Assembly (NCBI GenBank): GCA_029858565.1
Contig: JAOUEV010000053.1
Span: forward strand, 1-23,088
DNA from: Nitrospirota bacterium
GTDB lineage: Bacteria; Nitrospirota; UBA9217
Reading direction: 5' to 3'
Length of the DNA: 23,088 bases
The notes under the pieces are model-generated. The model was not told the DNA's origin and did not search any database. It worked only from the letters and a program-made list of their open reading frames with translations. The translations under genes and the position numbers were made by a program. Shown here piece by piece: positions 1-7,486 of the stretch. How positions within the stretch are numbered: the first letter of the stretch is position 1; each line of letters opens with the position of its first letter.

Positions 1-8
1 TTCGCCAT
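1..8 (-). CDS. 5' end of a gene running off the window (ATG GCG AA...), either a second cassette or a flanking gene
   Basis: Minus strand reads GGAGGCGT-ATG-GCG-AA, a Shine-Dalgarno followed by ATG at 8..6. Only two full codons are visible. Confidence 0.5.
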
Positions 9-63
9 ACGCCTCCCGTGGGTGAGGGGTTTTGGTGCTTCAGAAGTGCGTTTCGATGGCGTC

Positions 64-72
64 AGTATAGCA
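64..72 (-). promoter_or_regulatory. extended -10 promoter (TGCTATACT) for the gene starting at 8
   Basis: Near-consensus TGnTATAAT on the minus strand. The same 9-mer precedes the kinase at 10551. No good -35 at 17 bp. Confidence 0.5.
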
Positions 73-92
73 TAAAATGACTTTTTCTACAC

Positions 93-149
93 CTTCAACG
101 CCGCCGTGAGGGGCGTGCTTTCACGACCCTCTCGACGGCGTGGTTAGAT
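93..149 (-). mobile_element. integron attC site (57 bp)
   Basis: Directly after the cassette stop codon: R'' ATCTAAC (149..143, fits RYYYAAC) and R' GTTGAAG (99..93). Imperfect inverted repeat CGCCGT/GAG/GGG/CGTG around a CTTT loop, with unpaired G134, T130 and A126 on the bottom strand. Confidence 0.85.
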
Positions 150-150
150 T

Positions 151-951
151 TCAATCTGCAGTTCTCAAAGGTTCAATTATCGCTTTTTGAATTCTGTTTG
201 CACCGTCGGCATCTATTCCCGCGGTATCCATTACCTTCATATTCCGGAAAAGCTCCTGCGATACATATTTTTTACTCGTCACTAGGTTTCTGTGAATTAC
301 TTTTACGAGATTGTTCTTGTAAAAGATTAACAGCAGCCTCGGCATCGGAGATAAATCCTCGATCCAGCTTTCTAATATGAAATATTCCTCGATTTGCCCA
401 TCCTTCAATCGGGGGTTCTTTTCAAATTTGTACTTATTGAGAAAACCTTGAAGTGTGCTCTTTTGAATTGGCCCATCTCGATCAAGAAATTTTATGAGCT
501 CATACTCAGGAATACTGTCAGGTTTAATATTTCCCGTATTTATAAAAACGTGCTCTATAACAACTCCTATCCGACTATTCTTTTCTCCTATGTCCCAACC
601 AACTTTAAATTGATCGATTGTCTTGCCTACGACAACACCGTTAATGTCATATAGAATAGAGTCCGCCTTCACTTGAGGGTTTTTAACAATATTAATAAAT
701 GCTGTCTTCTCGACATAAGCAACAAGGCCAAGAGGGTGCCATGTTCTTTCGGTTATGTACGGTGGCAACAGGTCGATCACTGCTCCATCGTTTAGGGTCA
801 AAAGTATTTTGCCCTCTGGCTTCTCTCTTAAATTAGCGGGTCCCTTTACAATCTCAGCAAATGCATATGAAGCCTGAAAAAGAGAAGTAAGTACAAGTAA
901 CAGAAAGATTATTTGAGATATACTACGCCTGTTTCTGTAAGTGCAAGTCAT
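151..951 (-). CDS. integron gene-cassette protein, probably secreted; possible SH3b-like N-terminal segment; function unknown
   Basis: AT-rich ORF between attI and attC. ATG at 951 has an AAGGA RBS, while the 978 start lies outside the crossover point. Signal-peptide-like RNRRSISQIIFLLLVLTSLFQASYAFA is followed by ANLREKPEGKILLTLNDG. Confidence 0.8.
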   Translation of the reverse strand: MTCTYRNRRSISQIIFLLLVLTSLFQASYAFAEIVKGPANLREKPEGKILLTLNDGAVIDLLPPYITERTWHPLGLVAYVEKTAFINIVKNPQVKADSILYDINGVVVGKTIDQFKVGWDIGEKNSRIGVVIEHVFINTGNIKPDSIPEYELIKFLDRDGPIQKSTLQGFLNKYKFEKNPRLKDGQIEEYFILESWIEDLSPMPRLLLIFYKNNLVKVIHRNLVTSKKYVSQELFRNMKVMDTAGIDADGANRIQKAIIEPLRTAD

Positions 952-969
952 CGTGCTATTCCTTTTGAA

Positions 970-988
970 GACTAACAAGATATTAATT
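970..988 (-). mobile_element. integron attI site (L AATTAAT - 5 bp - R GTTAGTC; crossover G976/T975)
   Basis: Same geometry as attI1 (7-bp L, 5-bp spacer, GTT core). It lies between the intI 5' end and the first cassette, and GTTAG is complementary to CTAAC in the cassette's R''. Confidence 0.7.
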
Positions 989-997
989 CTCCCGGAG

Positions 998-1026
998 ACA
1001 GTAGCATAAATTCATTCGATGGTCAA
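998..1026 (-). promoter_or_regulatory. Pc-like cassette promoter TTGACC-N17-TACTGT with TGn extension
   Basis: Minus strand TTGACC ATCGAATGAATTTATGC TACTGT, pointing into attI and the cassette. Confidence 0.65.
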
Positions 1027-1124
1027 ATAATATGCGCCAGCAAAACCACGTATCTCACTGAATAAACTGGTATCACGCAATTTGGATAACATTCACTTTC
1101 TGTAATATCCAGGAATAGAAAAAT

Positions 1125-1145
1125 AATATTCCAAAACGGAATATT
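1125..1145. promoter_or_regulatory. perfect inverted repeat AATATTCC-N5-GGAATATT upstream of intI (putative operator)
   Basis: 8-bp arms, ending 18 bp before the intI ATG and just ahead of the AAGGAGG RBS. Confidence 0.4.
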
Positions 1146-1163
1146 CAATTTAAGGAGGTCCTC

Positions 1164-2558
1164 ATGGAACCTATTCCTGGCTGCATTCTTGAGCGTTTTG
1201 ATTCACTTTTGAACAAGAAGTCTGTCCCATTCGAAGCTCGCGATGACTACCGGAAGTGGCTTCGTTACTATCTTGATTTTCGATCTAAGTACACCCTGCC
1301 CGACAATCGGTCGGAACAGGTGCGTTTGTTCATTGAGAAGATGCGTTCAAAAGGTCAGTCCGGGAAGAGTCTAAACCAGGCGGCTCACGCCCTTTCCTTG
1401 TTCTTCTCGCTCCAGGAAACCTGCAGAAGTGCGCCGACTCAGATGCGGATCGGCGATGAGGCATCGTCACATTCCCAGGTATTGACCGAGGACCGCGGCA
1501 AACCACTGAATTCAACGTCCGAGGCTGAGGCGCCGGCCCGACGTCGCGGAAGAAAATATAACGAGTGGTGGTCGATGGAGAAAACGGTTTCCGCGGAGTG
1601 GGATGTGATCATCACCGGCACGCTCGTCGGCGAAATACAAACGCGGCATTACTCCCGAAGAACCTTGAAGGCATACGCAGACTGGTCCCGCAAATTTCAG
1701 CTCTATCTCAAGCACAAGCCTCCGGCGGATCTTTCCGCCGAAGACGTTAAAGCCTACCTCACCTATCTCGCCGTCAACCGCAAGGTCTCTGCATCTACCC
1801 AAAATCAGGCGTTTAATTCTCTCTTGTTCCTGTTCCGACACATTCTCAAGAAGGACTTTGGCGACCAGAGGGACGTGCCTCGCGCTAAGAGGTCCAGCTA
1901 TATTCCCGTTGTCCTCACAAGGCAGGAGGTGGACGCGGTTTTGCAGCATCTCGCTCATCCGTACACTCTTATCGTAAAGCTCTTGTACGGCTGCGGACTG
2001 CGCTTGTTCGAGTGTCTCAAACTGCGGGTGCAGAACTTCAACTTCGACGCGGGTATACTGACGGTCATGGATGGAAAGGGAAAGAAGGCACGTACGGTTC
2101 CGATCCCTCGATCGATCGAACAAGAACTGCTGGAGCAGATCGCGCGGGTCAAGGCCATACATGAGGGGGACCTGCTGTCAGGCTATGCGGGTGTAGTGCT
2201 CGACGATGCGCTGGACAGAAAATATCGGAATGCGGCGAAAGATATCATCTGGCAGTGGTTATTCCCGCAGCAGAGCTTGACCTTCATTCTGGAGGCAAAT
2301 GAAAAGAGGCGTTTCCACCTGAACGACAGCGATGTACAGGAGCCGCTTCATCAGGCGGTACGAAAAGCCGGTATCACCAAACGCGTCACCTCCCACACCT
2401 TCCGTCATTCCTTCGCCACACACCTGCTCCAGGCGAACTACGACATCCGAACCATCCAGACGCTCCTGGGCCATAGCGACGTCAGGACCACGATGATCTA
2501 CACGCACTGCGTGCCGAGCAGGACACTCAAGGAGCTGAAGAGCCCGCTGGATTTCTAG
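1164..2558 (+). CDS. intI: integron integrase (tyrosine recombinase) with long N-terminal extension
   Basis: Catalytic motifs GLRLFE (R), DGKGKKAR (K), [15 protein letters not shown] and IYTH (Y). SAM-like [18 protein letters not shown]. IntI-specific insertion [35 protein letters not shown]. Confidence 0.95.
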   Translation: MEPIPGCILERFDSLLNKKSVPFEARDDYRKWLRYYLDFRSKYTLPDNRSEQVRLFIEKMRSKGQSGKSLNQAAHALSLFFSLQETCRSAPTQMRIGDEASSHSQVLTEDRGKPLNSTSEAEAPARRRGRKYNEWWSMEKTVSAEWDVIITGTLVGEIQTRHYSRRTLKAYADWSRKFQLYLKHKPPADLSAEDVKAYLTYLAVNRKVSASTQNQAFNSLLFLFRHILKKDFGDQRDVPRAKRSSYIPVVLTRQEVDAVLQHLAHPYTLIVKLLYGCGLRLFECLKLRVQNFNFDAGILTVMDGKGKKARTVPIPRSIEQELLEQIARVKAIHEGDLLSGYAGVVLDDALDRKYRNAAKDIIWQWLFPQQSLTFILEANEKRRFHLNDSDVQEPLHQAVRKAGITKRVTSHTFRHSFATHLLQANYDIRTIQTLLGHSDVRTTMIYTHCVPSRTLKELKSPLDF

Positions 2559-2591
2559 GGAAAGATTTCGGTAGGGGAATACCTGGTATCG

Positions 2592-3173
2592 CTACGACCG
2601 GGATTGCGCTTTGCCTGCCAGGAAGGCCTTCTTGTTGATCTCGAGCAGTTTCTTGGGCACCGAATTCACGATCGCCTGGTCCACGATCTTCTCGTCGATC
2701 GGCAGGGACTTGAGCATGGCTCCGACGAGCACCAGGTTCACTGCCCGCTTCTCGCCCACACCCACGGCCAGTTCCGTGGCGTCGAAAGCATGAACCTTTG
2801 CCGCGTGCTTCCTGATCGTCTCATTGATGTCAGCGGGATATGCCTCTTTGCCGATGGACACGCCGATGGTGCCGATGGTCCGGGTGTTGTAGATCACCAT
2901 GCCGGTGTCCCGCAGAAAATGCAGGTACCGCGCGGTCTCGAGCGGCTCGAACCCGACCAGCAGGTCTGCCTCGCCCTCGGCGACAATGGGCGAGAACACC
3001 TTCTGCCCGATCCGCACCTGGGACAGCACGCTGCCCCCGCGCTGGGCCATGCCGTGCACCTCGCTCTGCTTCACGTCGAGCCCGGCCAGGAGCGCGGCCT
3101 CGGCAATGATCTTGCTGGTCAGCAGCACGCCCTGCCCGCCGACGCCTGCGATGAGAATGTTGAGTACGTTCAC
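2592..3173 (-). CDS. iorB: indolepyruvate:ferredoxin oxidoreductase beta subunit
   Basis: ILIAGVGGQGVLL and SEVHGMAQRGGSV motifs. GTG at 3173 with a GAGGT RBS is preferred over 3236. Lies downstream of iorA. Confidence 0.93.
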   Translation of the reverse strand: MNVLNILIAGVGGQGVLLTSKIIAEAALLAGLDVKQSEVHGMAQRGGSVLSQVRIGQKVFSPIVAEGEADLLVGFEPLETARYLHFLRDTGMVIYNTRTIGTIGVSIGKEAYPADINETIRKHAAKVHAFDATELAVGVGEKRAVNLVLVGAMLKSLPIDEKIVDQAIVNSVPKKLLEINKKAFLAGKAQSRS

Positions 3174-3201
3174 GTTATACCTCGGAAAGAAGATCAGTTC
3201 A

Positions 3202-3299
3202 TTGGCCACGGAAGATTCGGAAAATGCATCTGCCAAAATGTAAAGACGGTGTTCTTATCCTGCTTCTTCAGAATTCTTATCCGCATTTTCCGTGGCAAA
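3202..3299. repeat. intergenic inverted repeat (20-bp arms, 17/20) in the iorA-iorB spacer
   Basis: TTGGCCACGGAAGATTCGGA (3202-3221) versus the reverse complement of 3280-3299, TTTGCCACGGAAAATGCGGA. Confidence 0.7.
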
Positions 3300-3318
3300 G
3301 GTTTTCTTAATAGTTGTC

Positions 3319-5070
3319 TTACTTCGCCACAACAAGCGACTTCGTGGCGCAGAGCTGCGCGCAGATGCCGCAGCCGTTGCAGAGCAGCGCATCCACTGCC
3401 GCGTACCCCTTCTTGCCCTCGGGCACAAAGGACAGCGCGATGCAGCCGGCCTTCAGACAGGCCTTGCAGCCCACGCAGGTGGCGCGGTCCACGGTGTAGG
3501 GTTTTGACGACACGCGGTAGCGCAGCACACAGGGCTGGTTCGAGACCAGGACCGAAGGCCCGGGCGTTGCCAGCTCCTCTTTGATGATCTTTTCCAGGTC
3601 CTTCAGGTTGTACGCGTCGATCTCCCGCACAGCCCGGGCGCCGATCACCTTGCAGAGCTTCTCGATGGAGAGCTTCGGCGCTTCAGCGCCGCCGGCTCTC
3701 CTGCCCGTGCCCGGATGCTCCTGGCCTCCGGTCATGCCCGTGGTGTCGTTGTTCATCACCACCACCAGCGCGTCCCCGCCGTTGTAGACCATGTCAATGA
3801 GCCCGGTGATGCCGGAATGCATGAACGTGGAGTCGCCGATCACGGCCACGGGCTTCTGATGTTCCCCGCCCTTGATCGCCAGGCCCCGGGAAATGCCGTG
3901 GGCCGCGGAAATGCTGGCGCCCATGCAGATGCAGGTGTTCATGGAACCGAAGGGCGGAAGCGCTCCAAGGGTGTAGCATCCGATGTCCCCGGAAACGTAG
4001 GGTTTGAGCTTGGCAAGAATGGTGTAGAGTCCGCGGTGGGAGCAGCCCGGACAGAAGGTCGGCGGCCGCATGATGAGGCCCGGTACCGGCGCCTTGCAGG
4101 TGAGCGGGGTCCCGGTCACGGCATCGCGGATCAGGCGGGAGGTAAGCTCCCCGCAGGGCGGGAACGCTGCCTTGCCGAAATGCACAACCAGCCCCATGGC
4201 CTTCACCTGCTCCTCGATGAACCCGTCCAGCTCCTCCACGATCGCGAGCTTCCTGACCGATGCGGCAAAGGCGCGGATCTTCTTCTCCGGCAGGGGATAG
4301 GTCATGCCGAGCTTCAACACCGGCGCGTCAGGGAAGGCCTCGCGAACGTACTGATAGGCCACGCCATTGGCGATGAAACCGAGCTCGCCGGTCCCCTTGA
4401 TCTCCTGGTTCAGCAGCGTTGTGTCGGCAAATTCCCTCAGCTTGATAAGCCGTTCTTCCACAATAAGATGCCGCTTCTTGGCATTGCCCGGCAGCATGAC
4501 GTACTTGGGCACATCGCGGGCAAGGTCCCGGTCCTTGACGATCACGGGGTCCGCGGTCTCCACAACGCTCTTGCAGTGGGAAACTCGCGTGGTGGTGCGC
4601 AGGATCACCGGCGTGTCAAAGGCCTCGGAAAGCTCGAATGCCTGGCGCAGGAACTCCTTTGCCTCGCCCGAATCCGCGGGCTCCACGCAGGGGATCTTTG
4701 CCATGCGGCTGTAGTGGCGCGTGTCCTGCTCGTTCTGGGAGCTGAACATGCCCGGATCATCGGCAACCATCAGCACGAGCCCCGCGTTCACGCCGGTGTA
4801 GGTCACGGTCATGAGCGGGTCGGCTGCCACGTTCACGCCCACATGCTTCATGCAGGCCATTGACCGGACGCCGGCGAGCGACCCGCCGATGGCGACCTCC
4901 ATGGCCACCTTCTCGTTGGTGGACCACTCGGCGTGGATGCCCTTTTCCTTTGACAGGATCTCGAGCACCTCGGTGCTCGGCGTGCCCGGATAGGCGGCCG
5001 CCACCTTGCCGCCCGCTTCGATGAAGCCCCGGGCGATCGCTTCGTTGCCGGAAAGGATTGCTTTTTTCAA
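3319..5070 (-). CDS. iorA: indolepyruvate:ferredoxin oxidoreductase alpha subunit
   Basis: GNEAIARG, AYPGTPSTE, NEKVA, MKHVGVNVAADP, CPGCSHR, GDIGCYTLG, TPP motif GDSTFMHSG...NND, and C-terminal 2x[4Fe-4S] motifs (CVGCKAC, CNGCGICAQLC). Start is TTG 5070 (GAGGTG RBS) or GTG 5079. Confidence 0.95.
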   Translation of the reverse strand: MKKAILSGNEAIARGFIEAGGKVAAAYPGTPSTEVLEILSKEKGIHAEWSTNEKVAMEVAIGGSLAGVRSMACMKHVGVNVAADPLMTVTYTGVNAGLVLMVADDPGMFSSQNEQDTRHYSRMAKIPCVEPADSGEAKEFLRQAFELSEAFDTPVILRTTTRVSHCKSVVETADPVIVKDRDLARDVPKYVMLPGNAKKRHLIVEERLIKLREFADTTLLNQEIKGTGELGFIANGVAYQYVREAFPDAPVLKLGMTYPLPEKKIRAFAASVRKLAIVEELDGFIEEQVKAMGLVVHFGKAAFPPCGELTSRLIRDAVTGTPLTCKAPVPGLIMRPPTFCPGCSHRGLYTILAKLKPYVSGDIGCYTLGALPPFGSMNTCICMGASISAAHGISRGLAIKGGEHQKPVAVIGDSTFMHSGITGLIDMVYNGGDALVVVMNNDTTGMTGGQEHPGTGRRAGGAEAPKLSIEKLCKVIGARAVREIDAYNLKDLEKIIKEELATPGPSVLVSNQPCVLRYRVSSKPYTVDRATCVGCKACLKAGCIALSFVPEGKKGYAAVDALLCNGCGICAQLCATKSLVVAK

Positions 5071-5082
5071 ATCAACCACCTC

Positions 5083-5308
5083 AAAATATTTATCGCGCGG
5101 AGGCGCAGAGCTCGCAGAGAAGTCAACAGATACGACAAAATCATTTTCTCGCGCAAAGCCGCAAAGTCGCCAAGAAAGTCAAAGACATGAATATTTGGTC
5201 TTGCTGCAAAACAAAATGCCGGGCTAAAAGAATCGGTTCCAATGCGTCAGGATTTCATAAAATAATCATTCTCTGGTTTTCTCTGCGCCTCTGCGTCTCT
5301 GCGCGAGA
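5083..5308. repeat. intergenic repeat element: two degenerate ~54-bp direct copies plus one inverted arm, built of 9-nt CGCAGAGnn units
   Basis: 5093-5121 TCGCGCGGAGGCGCAGAGCTCGCAGAGAA; 5149-5176 TCGCGCAAAGCCGCAAAGTCGCCAAGAA; reverse complement of 5279-5308 TCTCGCGCAGAGACGCAGAGGCGCAGAGAA. Confidence 0.8.
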
Positions 5309-5344
5309 CAGCCTTTTCACTTCGCTTTCTCCCCGTATCAGCAG

Positions 5345-6688
5345 TTATTTCGGCCTATTATCAATGACGCGCTTCGCTTTTCCTTCGCTCCGCTGCACCG
5401 AGCCCGGCGGCGCCAGGGTGATGTCCGTGGTCACGCCGATGATGTCCTTGATGTTCTTCTGGATCTCGTGCTTGATCCTGATCAGCGCTTCCTCTTCCTG
5501 GGCGAATGCCTTGAGGTCCGTGGTCAGCACCTTGGCGGCCGTCTGGTCCATCACGTCCTGGGTGACCTCGACCTTCACGTTCATCTCGTCCATGCGGCCC
5601 TTGCGGCTCACTTCGATGATGTAGTGGGGCGCGACCTCCTTGGACCGGAGCAGCACGGACTCGACCTGCGACGGGAACACGTTCACGCCGCGGATGATCA
5701 GCATGTCGTCTGCCCGGCCGCGGATGCGCCTCATGCGCACCGTGGTCCTGCCGCACTTGCACTTCTCGGGATTGAGGCTCGTGATGTCGCCGGTGCGGTA
5801 CCGGATGAGCGGCATGGCTTCCCGCGACATGCTCGTGATCACCAGCTCACCCTCCTTGCCGTAGGGAAGCTGCTCGCCCGTGGCGGGATCGATGATCTCA
5901 GGAAGGAAATGGTCCTCGTTGAAATGAAGCCCGTCCTGGGCCTCGACGCATTCCGAGGAAACGCCCGGGCCGATGATCTCCGACAGGCCGTAGATGTCGA
6001 TGGCCTTGAGCCTGAGCCGTTCCTCGATCTCGCGCCGCATCTCCTCGGTCCAGGGCTCGGCGCCGAAGAGGCCCACGCGCAGCTTGATGGTGTCGAAATT
6101 GATCTTCATCTCGCACATGACGTCGTAGATGTAGAGCGCGAAGGAGGGCGTGCAGGTGAGCACCGTACTGCCGAAGTCCTGGAGCAGCATGATCTGCTTC
6201 TGCGTGTTCCCGCCGGAGATGGGGATCACCGCAGCGCCCACGCGTTCGGCGCCGTAGTGCGCGCCCAGGCCGCCGGTGAACAGGCCGTAGCCATAGGCGT
6301 TCTGGACCACGTCCTTGTTCGTTGCGCCTGCGCAGGTGAACGTGCGCGCCATGACCTCGGCCCAGAGGTTGATGTCGTTCCGGTTGTAGGCGACCACCGT
6401 GGGCTTGCCCGTGGTGCCCGAGGATGCGTGGATGCGTACGATATCGTCAAGGGATTCGGCGAAAAGGCCGTAGGGATAGTTCTCCCGAAGATCGGACTTC
6501 CTGGTAAATGGAAGCCTGACCACGTCCTGGATCGTCTTGATATCTCCGGGCTTCACGCCCTTCTCATCGAACTTCTTCGTGTAGAAAGGTACGCGCGAAT
6601 AGACGCGATCGCAGACCTTCTGAAGGCGTTCGTTCTGGATCTTGGACATATCTTGACGGGACAGGGTTTCTTCTGTGTTCCAGGCCAT
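5345..6688 (-). CDS. paaK: phenylacetate--CoA ligase
   Basis: [65 protein letters not shown] and GKAKRVID. Confidence 0.93.
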   Translation of the reverse strand: MAWNTEETLSRQDMSKIQNERLQKVCDRVYSRVPFYTKKFDEKGVKPGDIKTIQDVVRLPFTRKSDLRENYPYGLFAESLDDIVRIHASSGTTGKPTVVAYNRNDINLWAEVMARTFTCAGATNKDVVQNAYGYGLFTGGLGAHYGAERVGAAVIPISGGNTQKQIMLLQDFGSTVLTCTPSFALYIYDVMCEMKINFDTIKLRVGLFGAEPWTEEMRREIEERLRLKAIDIYGLSEIIGPGVSSECVEAQDGLHFNEDHFLPEIIDPATGEQLPYGKEGELVITSMSREAMPLIRYRTGDITSLNPEKCKCGRTTVRMRRIRGRADDMLIIRGVNVFPSQVESVLLRSKEVAPHYIIEVSRKGRMDEMNVKVEVTQDVMDQTAAKVLTTDLKAFAQEEEALIRIKHEIQKNIKDIIGVTTDITLAPPGSVQRSEGKAKRVIDNRPK

Positions 6689-6725
6689 AGGAGGACTCCT
6701 TTGGAAGGGTTACAAAAGGTAGCGA

Positions 6726-6763
6726 ATTATATACCATAAAATATGATCTATTTGCAAATAGAT
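6726..6763 (-). promoter_or_regulatory. paaK-iorAB promoter region with an 18-bp perfect palindrome ATCTATTTGCAAATAGAT (6746-6763) centred on a TTGCAA -35
   Basis: Minus strand TTGCAA...TGGTATATAAT. The palindrome is exact. Confidence 0.55.
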
Positions 6764-6779
6764 TGGCTTGCTGGGGACG

Positions 6780-6803
6780 AAAAAAGGGCCCCTTGCGGGG
6801 CCC
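6780..6803 (-). terminator. rho-independent terminator of the cytochrome c7 gene
   Basis: Minus strand GGGCCCC-GCAA-GGGGCCC followed by TTTTTT, 15 bp after the stop codon. Confidence 0.85.
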
Positions 6804-6818
6804 CGGAAGGAGACTGCG

Positions 6819-7100
6819 TTATTTCTTCTTGTGGCAGTCCATGCACTTGTTCGCCTGGGGGCCGGCCTTCTTGGTCGTGTGGCAGCCGCCGCACATCTTG
6901 TGCGCCGCATCCTTGCCGCCGATCGCGAACTTCGCCGGCGGTTCCGTGGCGTGGCAGGCTTTGCAGGTTTCCCGTTCGCCATGCGCCTTGTGATTGAAGG
7001 TCACGTCGCCCATCTTCGCCTTCAGGGTCACCGTATCTGCTGCCAGTACCGGTGTTGCAAGCAATGCCAAAAGCCCGACAACAACAATGATCAACCTCAT
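6819..7100 (-). CDS. periplasmic triheme cytochrome c7 (cytochrome c3/PpcA-like family)
   Basis: Signal peptide ending VLA-AD, VTFNHKAH, three heme motifs (CKACH, CGGCH, CMDCH), AAH distal ligand, GP before the last heme, and a GAGGAGG RBS. Confidence 0.9.
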   Translation of the reverse strand: MRLIIVVVGLLALLATPVLAADTVTLKAKMGDVTFNHKAHGERETCKACHATEPPAKFAIGGKDAAHKMCGGCHTTKKAGPQANKCMDCHKKK

Positions 7101-7486
7101 GCCTTCCTCCTCGACTGTGAAATATCCTGCCTGTGTCTGCAGGTGCGCTGTTCTTATGATCAGGATTTGCTGTTTCAGGGCAGAAGGGTAATAGATGTGA
7201 CTGTACCAAAGAGGAATTCTATTCGCAATAGTCTGGCAAAAGAATGCGAAAATAATCGGAAAGATGCTGTTCAGGCTGGCGCAAAATTGCAGAAAGGCAG
7301 CAGGGATGTGCGAAATGGTGCGTATGCGAATAGATCAGGATGAATGAAATTTCACGATTATGCAATCTTTGACCCGGAATCAGGGTACGCAGTGCCATGG
7401 CCGGGATAGATGAAAACACTGGACATCACCTTGTCCGGCTGGTTAATATTGCCGACACCATTCTATCGTCGGCAAGGGTAAATCGC

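Larger units (their letters stand above)
93..2558. mobile_element. complete integron (intI + Pc + attI + at least one cassette with attC), probably chromosomal/sedentary
   Basis: intI is divergent from the cassette, both att sites are present, and the intI 3' end abuts the metabolic gene iorB. No transposase or qacEdelta1/sul1 is seen. Confidence 0.85.

Noticed and set aside
61-1016. Similarity between 61-80 (GTCAGTATAGCATAAAATGA) and 997-1014 (GACAGTAGCATAAATTCA) as a duplication
   Set aside because: Short and gapped; adequately explained by both being extended -10 promoter regions.
1100-1116. CTGTAATATCCAG as a LexA box for intI
   Set aside because: Spacing is CTG-N7-CAG, not the CTG-N10-CAG of the E. 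coli-type box.
5083-5308. CRISPR array or c-di-GMP riboswitch reading of the repeats (GCAAAG motifs)
   Set aside because: The repeats are degenerate, partly inverted and lack unique spacers or cas genes. The riboswitch P1/P2 architecture is not evident.
7193-7210. Possible sigma54 promoter for the c7 gene (TTGGTACAGTCACATCT on the minus strand)
   Set aside because: The -24 box is plausible but the -12 position reads TC rather than GC.
7449-7475. TTGCCGAC-N11-GTCGGCAA inverted repeat before rlpA
   Set aside because: A real dyad, but it is a single instance and I cannot distinguish operator, UTR hairpin or chance.
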